A stretch of 9,025 nt of DNA, from NCBI RefSeq assembly GCF_006345805.1, contig NW_021828245.1, forward strand, positions 1 through 9,025. Direction: 5' to 3'. A program made the translations under genes and the position numbers. Shown here one piece after another: positions 1-7,232 of the stretch. The number at the start of each line of letters is the position of its first letter. Within the stretch, counting starts at the first letter, position 1. The notes under the pieces were generated by a model. The model did not search any database. It worked only from the letters and a program-made list of their open reading frames with translations, and was not told where the DNA came from. Source of the DNA: Octopus sinensis (taxonomy: Eukaryota).

Positions 1-12
1 TGTATATGTATA

Positions 13-57
<45 letters not shown>
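1..57. repeat. (TA)n microsatellite
   Basis: Near-continuous TA dinucleotide run at the window start, with a few interruptions in the first ~17 nt. Confidence 0.95.
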
Positions 58-60
<3 letters not shown>

Positions 61-509
61 AGCCATAACAACGAAGTTGTAACCTTTAAACTCAAACTTT
101 AGCAGATTTTGTTTAAAAATAACTTAATGGCTGGAACTGACCAGGATTGCTGTGTTTTCAATCAAGATATGATTAGTCTTGTTACAAAAGAGTCAGAGAC
201 AAAGTTTTTGGGTTGTGACTCCACAGCCTTCCACACAGTACTCCTGAACACACAATATTCATGCATGCACACAAACACACAATACTCATACAACACTCAG
301 TTACTTGACCTGCAAGAAATAGCAGCCAAACAGCTTTCAAAACACACTAAACTGTCTTGGAAGGCTGGATATTGAACATAGTTTAATATATATATATAAG
401 GAAAGTAAGGATGGTCATAGGTGAATGTCTTCGGTCACAAGTATGAGCTGTGGCTGAACAACATAGAAAACCTCACCTACGCACATACATTAAACCTTAG
501 CACTGCCAT

Positions 510-527
510 CACACACACACACACACA
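510..527. repeat. (CA)n microsatellite
   Basis: Nine CA units. Confidence 0.9.
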
Positions 528-864
528 AGTATTACATTAGAGAATATCTTAAACTAGGGAGGGTGTAGTGGGACAAAGATATAAAGTTTACGTGTAACAA
601 CTTCAGTTATCTTCATATATATACATAACCACAACCACCACTAACACTGCCACCCCATCTACAGTAATTACCTCAGATGGAAGCAGTTGATGTTTTAGAG
701 TATCAGGAAGGTATGTAATGTTTATATCTATCTTATCTCACATATGTCAAAGGTATTAAGCATTGCCTAGTTACCTTTGAGAGGATGAGGCATAAGAGAG
801 AGAAGATTTAAAATGAAATGATAACAGTGATAATACAAATGGGTTCAGCAGTGATATCACTCAT

Positions 865-1108
865 GTATTCAGCAATGATACCAAAATGGGTATGGGATTA
901 TAAAGAAAAAAATCTACTAAAGCTATTCTAAGAAGAGGTAAATTAATTGAAACTCAAAGCATTAAGTTAGATTTAGACACTGAAATTAAAGAATTAGAAT
1001 GGAACCACACATAAAAGTAGGAAATTGTAAAAGAAATAAGATGTAAAGAAAAAACATAAAAGAGAAAATTATAAAAGTCTGCTTAAAAAACAATTGAACT
1101 CTGCCAGA
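865..1108 (+). pseudogene. Decayed RT C-terminal fragment of an RLE-type non-LTR retrotransposon (R4/Dong-like)
   Basis: Manual translation from 865 gives VFSNDTKMGMGL*RKKSTKAILRRGKLIETQSIKLDLDTEIKELEWNHT*K*. After a frameshift (from 1055) it reads HKRENYKSLLKKQLNSAR. This fits the post-YxDD pattern FSxDIxMxFGLxKCAKAxxxRGK...IKEL...TYKYLG...KEYxxRxxxLKxxLNxxN that I recognise from R4/Dong-type RTs. Both TYKY tyrosines appear as stop codons. The clade assignment is from recall, not a search. Confidence 0.7.
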
Positions 1109-1275
1109 GATGACATTATTGTTGTAAATACATTAACTGTCTCAATAATAAACTATAAATTCAATATCATAATATATAGGAAATTAAGTGATTTGAAGAG
1201 GTTTGATTGGCCCAAACTATAGAGTTCTGAATTTACTAACTTACATTTTATATAAATATATAAAAGACAGGGATA

Positions 1276-1491
1276 TTAACTCTTTAGTATTTAAAATGGT
1301 CATATGTGGCCAATCTGTTTCCTTTTCAAGCCTGCCAGATCTGGCCTCTTACACCTGCCCTACAATATCGTTCTAAAAGCAAACGATCACACCAAAATCT
1401 TGAAGCCACAAGAAAATGCATGATTAATTTAAAATGATGTGCATTAATAAACATTACAGTTGACAGACTAACCTGAGTTCTAAAGCATTAA
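1276..1491. mobile_element. TTAA-flanked MITE, piggyBac-like, copy 1
   Basis: TTAA at 1276-1279 and 1488-1491, with degenerate terminal inverted repeats (ttaactctttagtatt versus the reverse complement of agttctaaagcattaa). The body aligns by eye with 6423-6602 (ccctacaat, ttctaaaa, atcaca, acattaca, ttga). Confidence 0.7.
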
Positions 1492-2113
1492 ACAAAGAGC
1501 TACCATTACAAAAAGATGTTAGTGGATCAAGAGAAATATTTAAAAACAAAGTACAGAGTTAATACACAAATCTTTGACCAACTCCAACTCACCAATTTAA
1601 GAATACCGTTGAGCTCAACTTTTCTATTTGTAGATTATAATATATATTTCTTATATTGATTATAAACACACAAATGACCAATGTGAAACATTAAGCTACT
1701 TTTTAACAACCTAATCTGTTAAAGACTATAACAGTGCTGTTGTGGCTTTAAGTTTATTTATTAAAGAAGTTACAAACAATTACGCACCAGAGGCCATTTT
1801 TTACTAAATGTACAAGGGTAATACAACAGTGATTAGATATTCAAATTTGAATCACTAGAATGTATTAAGAATGGATAGATATATTATTGACATTTATGTA
1901 TGTATACACATACATATATATCATCATCAGCATCATATAACACTTATCTTCTATGCTCACATGGAAAGAAAATGGTGAGGTTTATTTTAAGGTAGGCATA
2001 TATCCATATTTTCCTTGGTATATTTTTCACTTATCTTCAAAAATCTTCAATCAGAAGGAATGGCTGACAGAATTCAGATCCAAAGCCATATATTGATCTA
2101 TATTTAAACAGTG

Positions 2114-2140
2114 ATATATATATATATATATATATATATA
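2114..2140. repeat. (TA)n microsatellite, left flank of the Penelope-like element
   Basis: Pure TA run directly abutting the first element base at 2141. Confidence 0.95.
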
Positions 2141-2141
2141 C

Positions 2142-2842
2142 TTCACCCTATGTGGATACCCCCTCATCACTATCCACACCGCCCTTGCCAGAGCACGGTC
2201 CGTGGACCGTGTATCTGCTCTCTCTCCCCGAACCCGCCCTGTAGTCTCCCGCCTCCCTTTTCCCCTCACTTACCACCCCACGACCCTACCTCTCCAACGC
2301 ACCATTCTTCGAGCTTTCCGTCATCTCCAGTCCGACCCGTCCACTTCACACCTCTTCCCTAACCGACCCCTCCCCTCTTTCAAACGAGCCCACAACCTTC
2401 GAGACCTTTTGGTCCATAGCTCCTTCCCTGACCCTACCTCCCAACCCGGCTCGTTCCCCTGCTCCCGCCCACGTTGCCACACTTGCCCTTACCTCTCCAA
2501 CACCACCCTCCTCACTAGCACCATCATCGACCCTATCCCATCATCCACTCCTTCACCTGCACCTCCAGCAATATTATCTATTGCGTCTCTTGCTCTCTCT
2601 GCCATTCCTTGTACATCGGACAAACAGGATGCCGCTTGGCTGACCGGTTCGCGGAACACCTTCGTGACATCCACCTTGCGAATGACACACCGGTCTCTCG
2701 CCATTTCCGCTCCACCGGTCACTCCTTGCAACACCTATCTGTGTTCGGTTTGTCCTTACACAGAGGCCATCCGGATTCCCGTTTGCGCCGTGAACAGGAA
2801 TTAATCTTCTCTCTTCGCTCTTATACGCCATTTGGTCTCAAC
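2142..2842 (+). pseudogene. Penelope-like ORF remnant: RT C-terminus, C-x4-C-x2-C linker and GIY-YIG endonuclease, with one frameshift near 2510-2535
   Basis: The frame of ORF 2202 reads FTLCGYP...RLPFPLTYHP...LQSDPSTSHLF...SFKRAHNLRDLLVHS...GSFPCSRPRCHTCPY. The frame of ORF 2609, open from 2519, reads HHHRPYPIIHSFTCTSSNIIYCVSCSLCHSLYIGQTGCRLADRFAEH...VSRHF...GH...RLRREQELIFSLRSYTPFGLN. These are the hallmark PLE GIY-YIG motifs (IY..CxxC..YIGxT, RxxEH, E..I, P.GLN). A Cys-rich linker is characteristic of Neptune-type PLEs. Confidence 0.9.
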
Positions 2843-3029
2843 TCTCCCCCCCCTCCTCACCTACCTTTCCCCCGACCCCTACTTCTTCAGTCCTTCATCC
2901 TTTCACCCCTACTCCCCTTCCCTTCTTCCCTCTTTGTCCCTCCCTCCTTCCCTCTTCCCCTTCCCTCTGCTCCCTCACTCCCCTTCTCTCTCCCCCTCTC
3001 CCTCTTTCCTCCCCTCTTCTCCTCTCTCC
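2843..3029 (+). repeat. C/T-rich low-complexity (polypyrimidine) tract
   Basis: Almost only C and T on the + strand. From 2912 to 3029 only about three purines occur. Confidence 0.9.
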
Positions 3030-3062
3030 ACACTACTTTACACATCACATCATATATGATGT

Positions 3063-3427
3063 GCCATACTAATACATACACCAACTAATACATACTAATA
3101 CATACTAATACATACACCAACCCTATACATACACACATCCAGACCTCTCATACGCACTAATACTCTCTCATACACACACACACACACACCCTTATACATA
3201 CTAATATGTACTAATACATACTAATACATACTAATACATACACCAACCCTATACATACACACGTCCAGACCTCTCATACGCACTAATACTCTCTCATACA
3301 CACACACACACACACCCTTATACATACTAATACATACTAATACATACACCAACCCTATACATATACACGTCCAGACCTCTCATACGCACTAATACTCTCT
3401 CATACACACACACACACACACCCTTAT
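3063..3427 (+). repeat. Higher-order tandem repeat: three ~106-126 bp units, each built from (CATACTAATA)n, a unique core, (CA)n and CCCTTAT
   Basis: The core catacaccaaccctatacat starts at 3111, 3237 and 3343, and cccttat starts at 3189, 3315 and 3421. Periods are 126 and 106 bp, differing by two 10-mers. Confidence 0.95.
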
Positions 3428-3590
3428 GTTGGAGCTGGTCACTCAACCCTATTATCTCCCCTAATTTCGCTCTCGCGTCTCATGTTTGATCTTTGACTTC
3501 TGGCCGAAATCAGATCGCCATGTTGATTCGTTAGTTACTGCACGCACTTTTTTTCTCTCCTTCTTTCTGTGTTTTTTTTCTCTCTGTGTA

Positions 3591-3628
3591 TCTTTCTGTT
3601 GAAGAGCGTAGGCTCGAAACGTTAAAGA
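3591..3628 (+). ncRNA. Minimal type I hammerhead ribozyme-like motif, variant core
   Basis: Stem I UCUUU (3591-3595) pairs with AAAGA (3624-3628). Core CUGUUGA (3596-3602) is followed by an extra A. Stem II is GAGC-[GUAG]-GCUC (3604-3615), then GAAA (3616-3619). Helix III is the palindromic AACGUU (3618-3623), and the predicted cleavage triplet is GUU, cut after 3623. It lies downstream of a PLE ORF on the same strand. The core has U where canonical hammerheads have A6. Confidence 0.65.
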
Positions 3629-3726
3629 CTTGTTTTATTTATATTTCCTGAGCGCCATACTAATACAATTGTTTGTTTGTTTTCCACCTGCCTTCGTCTT
3701 TTGTCTATTTTCATAAAGCTTCCCGT

Positions 3727-3766
3727 TATATATATATATATATGTATGTATATATATATATATATA
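3727..3766. repeat. (TA)n/(TATG) microsatellite, right flank of the Penelope-like element
   Basis: TA run with a short TATG interruption. Confidence 0.95.
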
Positions 3767-4620
3767 ATTCTTAAACAAAAATGTTGTTGACAGTGACTAC
3801 ACAGTTTCAGCCAGGTAAGCCACCATCAGACTGCGATGTATTAGAGTTAGTCTGGCTGAGTTAAAATCATTTTTAGCTGTGTGGGTTTGAGTGGGGTGAT
3901 AATTAGGTTTTTATGGTTGGTTGTTATGGAAAAATGTTTTGGAAATATTTGATGTCATAAGAATTGATAAACTTTCCAACATGAAATAATTCTTTTTGGG
4001 AATTGGATCTTGAAGCACGTAAATGCTATTAATAATAGCATGTAAATAAATACTGAGTTGAAAAGCCCTTTTGGATACAAAAAAAATGAAGACTGCTCAT
4101 GAGACCTTTTTTCTATTTAAAAGGGTTTTTCAACTCAATATTTACAAGCTATTATTTATAGAATTTATATATTTTGAGATACAAATCCAAACAATTATAT
4201 ATAAAGGTGATATGATATATTTAAAAGGCCATGTTATGTATCACCTATCTGGTTTGCTGCTTCAGTCAGTCTGAAAAGTAGGAAGCAAGTGAGACAGAGA
4301 AAGTAGAGAGGTATTAAAAGAGTAGGTGTCAACAAGGAATCATATTTCAAAACAACCAAACCAACTGGATATGAGAGATAGCTAAGTCTAAACTACTGCT
4401 CACCTTGAAATAACAAACTGAAAATTAGGAAGATTAATGAAAATTCATAGGATTGAGTGTTGTATGAAATATTTTTACATTAAAATTTATATTTTTATAA
4501 TTTATTGCAGATAAAAATAAATTAGGGTTACCATATATGAACATTCAAAAACAGAGGATGCTTTGGTACTACAACATTGGTGTAGCTGTGTTCATTCATT
4601 TTGTATGCCTACATAACATT

Positions 4621-4705
4621 TATGTGTGTGTGTGTATACATGTATGTATATATACACACACGAACACATTTGTGTATGTGTCTATATAATTATATATATA
4701 TATAT
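4621..4705. repeat. Mixed (TG)/(TA)/(CA) microsatellite region at the 3' end of the CR1-like LINE
   Basis: Alternating purine-pyrimidine runs ending at the LINE tail. Confidence 0.8.
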
Positions 4706-5720
4706 TTCAATTCATTTTTTATTGGCTCAAAAAGCAAAAGCAAGGCCATGTAGGGGGAGAGGGAGTTATGTACAGGGAGAGTGGTCATACAAAGAGTTCA
4801 GGCCCTTTCTGGTCAAGAGAGACTTTGAACTGAGCGGTCGTCAGCATCTTCACTATCTCGTCCAACAGCTTATTCCATGGATCTGCAACCCGGACAGAGA
4901 AAGCCCCTCTCCTTCAATTGAGATGAAATCATTGTAGATAGAGCTTTTCGGAGTGACCCTGCAGCCCACGCTCTGGAGCAGGAATGAAGAACAGCTCTTT
5001 CGAGAGGTTACACTTTCCACTTATGATGTTGTGAGCGAGAATGAGATCACCACGGCGGCGCCGTTTTTCGAGAGAATAAAGGTCAAGCGTCTTCAGCCTG
5101 TCTTCATAAGACAAATGCTTGAGACCAAGGACCATGCGGGTAGCCAGCTTCTGATGTACGTCGAGATGATGTACGTCTTTGAGGAGATAAGGAGAAGTGG
5201 CTTGAATCCTGTACTTCAATATGGGTCTCACCAGCGTGACATACAGCGGTAGGAATATGGCTGCTATGAGCATTCCGAATGACCATCGAAACAAAAACAG
5301 AACTCCGCGTGCTTTGTTGGCAGCATGGACGCATTGGGCCGAAGGCGAAAAGGAAGAATCCACCAAGATACCCAGGTCCTTTACTTGGTCGGTCTTCTCC
5401 AGCAGCAGACGCACCGGCTCGAAATCAAGTTGAGTTGCAGGAGAGGAGCCAACAGGCAGATGACAGCACTTTGACACGTTCAGACACAGGTCCCATTCAT
5501 TTGACCATCTCCAAACTTGGTGGAGGCATCGACGAAGATCATCTATTTCACTGCGAAGAGCGAGCAGTGTGACATCGTCGGCAAATAGAGGGGTGTGTTG
5601 TGTGAGGTCGTCGGGCAAGTCATTGATGAAAACTAAAAACAATAACGGCCCAAGCACTGAACCTTGAGGCACGCCACTGCTTGCATTGGCTTCTACCAGA
5701 GTCACTTTCCTCTAAGCCAA
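4706..5720 (-). mobile_element. 5'-truncated CR1-type LINE: RT C-terminal half plus 3' UTR
   Basis: Contains the RT ORF, a natural stop at 4785-4787 and an ~80-nt 3' UTR. The UTR has AATAAA (4718-4723 on minus) and a short tgaattgaa tail running into (TA)n. Confidence 0.88.
4785..5705 (-). pseudogene. LINE ORF2 reverse transcriptase fragment, CR1-type, with two premature TGA stops
   Basis: Motifs include SGVPQGSVLGPLLFLVFINDLP, FADD, LNVSKC, KDLGILVD, LYVTLVRPIL, SYEDRLKTLDLYSLEKRRRRGDLI and GHSEKL. The same frame continues past TGA 4929-4931 and TGA 4914-4916 as *FHLN*RRGAFSVRVADPWNKLLDEIV...FKVSLDQKGPELFV*, matching the typical CR1 C-terminus FSVRV..WN.LP. Confidence 0.92.
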
Positions 5721-5753
5721 GACATACACAGACACTATTGTGTATGTATGTAT

Positions 5754-6092
5754 GTTGCTGTGTATGTCAAATCTGATCTCAAACCATCCAGCTGTATTCT
5801 ACCCACTAATGCTCAACCTACAACAAAATTCGATGCTGTCTATTGCAAGCTGAGCCTATCCAGGTTTTGCCTGCCCATGTTAGCTGTCTACAGGCCACTT
5901 CTTGCCGACCCCCAGGACAATGCTCATTTACTCGAAGCGATAAGATTTGTTTCATCTTCTCATGAATGTTTGATATTAGGAGACTTCAATGCTCCCACGA
6001 TCGACTGGCCCTCATCAACTTGTACATCATCTTCCCGGTTCGGTCAGGCCCTTCTTGACGTGGCTGAATATTGTTTTCTATCGCAACAGGTT
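5754..6092 (+). pseudogene. APE-type (EEP) endonuclease fragment of LINE ORF2, CR1-like
   Basis: Reads VAVYVKSDL...DAVYCKL...AVYRP...LILGDFNAPTIDW...FGQALLD...LSQQV. These are the non-LTR APE motifs (GVxxYVK, YRPP, GDFN..IDW, LxQHV). The start of ORF2 and the endonuclease C-terminal part are both absent. Confidence 0.88.
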
Positions 6093-6422
6093 GGCACCAA
6101 TGACATGGTTCTTAATAATGTTGCACAAAATAAAGGGCAAAGGAATTTCTCCTAAGCAATATAGGGAGATGTAGTATCATTGTTTTATAAAAGTAAAGTT
6201 ATGCATATTTTTGCATGATGATGCCATGTAACTGAACCTGATGGTCACATGATGAAGACTATTCAACATGACTGCATTTTCAGCAAATTTTACTCCCTTG
6301 AATTAACAATAAAACAGGCTTAAGTTTACAAATTGATTTGGAATCCATAACATTGTTGGAAAGGAGAGAGCAAGTGAGGATGATAGTACAGCAGCTAGAT
6401 AGTTCACCTAGTTGAAAAATTA

Positions 6423-6602
6423 TTAACCTTTCAGCATTTAAACAGGCCATATCCAACCTCTTCAACATACCCTACAATGTTATTCTAAAAATAAAGAATC
6501 ACATCATCAAAATCTCAAGGCTTTGAGATAACACATAATTTTTTAAAATGTGGATAAATAAGCATTACATTTGATAAATTAATCTGAATGCTCAAGGGTT
6601 AA
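6423..6602. mobile_element. TTAA-flanked MITE, piggyBac-like, copy 2 with an internal deletion
   Basis: TTAA at 6423-6426 and 6599-6602. The termini ttaacctttcagcatt and aatgctcaagggttaa are inverted repeats (13/16 by eye). Homologous to 1276-1491. Confidence 0.8.
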
Positions 6603-7026
6603 TAAAGGTGGTGATCATGTCAATAAACAAATCATAAATGTTGATAAAATGGTGTTGTATGGAAAAGAATTTTTAATAAAATATATTTAGTGAAGAAATA
6701 TAAATCACTACCTGTTGTTACAAGGACCATAACAAAAACTACTCAACAATACTTACATTTGAGAATGTCTAGGAGACTAAGGTAATCTTGGAAAATTTGC
6801 TTGACTCGAAAATGAAGTCCTTTTAAATTATTCTTTATTGCTTAATCAAGAAGGAAAGGCAGTATTCCTGAGCCTTTAAATGGCCTCTGAGAGTGGGGGA
6901 ATGAGATGAAGATTGTATCCTTAAACTGGAGATCTGGTCTGAATGCTGCAACAGAGTGGGCTCTACTAAAGGCATTCAAAGACAGGTGGTGGTGTTAAAC
7001 AGAGTGAAGTATTGACTCTATCACCC

Positions 7027-7128
7027 AAGTCCACCTTGGTAGGATTTGAACTTAGAGTGCAAAAAGTAAGAACAAATACCACAAGGCACTTCATGTGACA
7101 CTGTAATGATTCTGCCAGTTTACCACCT
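7027..7128 (-). mobile_element. Decayed tRNA-SINE-like head
   Basis: The reverse complement begins aggtggtaaactggcagaatc, similar to aggcagcaagctggcagaatt at 8996. It also carries a B-box-like aagttcaaatcc. Confidence 0.6.
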
Positions 7129-7132
7129 TACA

Positions 7133-7232
7133 CCAGTATTTTATTTATTGACTCAGGAAGGATAAAAGAGAAAGACAATATCAGCAAGATTTGAATTCAG
7201 AGTGTAGGATGTCAGAATATACACAAGGCACT
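7133..7232 (-). mobile_element. Decayed tRNA-SINE-like fragment, same family
   Basis: The reverse complement of 7188-7201 (tctgaattcaaatc) is identical to 8812-8825. It shares atttgaa..agagtg and acaaggcact with 7044-7090. Confidence 0.6.

Larger units (their letters stand above)
2141..3726 (+). mobile_element. 5'-truncated Penelope-like retroelement, probably Neptune-type
   Basis: GC/CpG-rich block bounded on both sides by (TA)n. It encodes the RT thumb/linker and a GIY-YIG endonuclease, followed by a 3' noncoding region with a hammerhead-like motif on the same strand. The right boundary is taken from the return to (TA)n at 3727. Confidence 0.85.

Noticed and set aside
109-375. 88-aa ORF and the other short ORFs in AT-rich DNA (4071, 6280, 7191, 7370, 7383, 7930, 8571, 8819)
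   Set aside because: No recognisable domains. Several run through microsatellites or decayed repeats, and their lengths are expected by chance.
300-465. Stretch (gaaatagcagccaaa...aaggatggtcatag) reminiscent of a decayed cephalopod interspersed repeat; similar impressions at ~6860-7020 and ~8430-8505
   Set aside because: Based only on recall. There is no second copy or structural hallmark in the window, so a repeat library search is needed.
677-710. Possible plus-strand exon AG|ATGGAAGCAGTT...GGAAG|GTATGT
   Set aside because: The donor is good but the acceptor is weak, the peptide is unrecognisable and no partner exons are evident.
2194-2211. Inverted repeat cacggtcc-gt-ggaccgtg
   Set aside because: Only 8-bp arms inside coding sequence, compatible with chance.
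2051-3088. Overlapping ORFs 2051-2269(-), 2111-2362, 2489-2734(-), 2574-2831(-), 2832-3059, 2887-3084(-) and the Pro/Leu/Ser tail of 2609-3088
   Set aside because: These are alternative-frame or antisense shadows of the C-rich PLE ORF and the pyrimidine tract.
3063-3427. Repeat array as a CRISPR array or telomeric repeat (aaccct, ccctta motifs)
   Set aside because: There are no unique spacers and the context is eukaryotic with no cas genes. There are no tandem CCCTAA units, and this PLE has an endonuclease, unlike telomere-associated PLEs.
3491-3511. Possible second hammerhead (ctttga...ccgaaatc)
   Set aside because: No stem II pairing, no CUGANGA-like core and no NUH or stem I arrangement.
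3794-3814. 21-nt plus-strand microexon candidate (gacAG|...CCAG|GTAAGC)
   Set aside because: Strong donor but almost no polypyrimidine tract, and no independent support.
4626-5572. Plus-strand ORFs 4626-4937, 4953-5252 and 5279-5572, plus 5104-5334(-) and 5221-5433
   Set aside because: Antisense or off-frame shadows of the CR1 RT.
5664-6155. 163-aa ORF as a single gene
   Set aside because: It is a chimera: the first ~30 aa are antisense RT plus junction filler, the middle is the endonuclease fragment, and the last ~20 aa run into flanking DNA.
6757-6768. 12-nt minus-strand microexon candidate before GTAAGT
   Set aside because: GTAAGT with a nearby AG is common in AT-rich DNA, and the acceptor is ambiguous.
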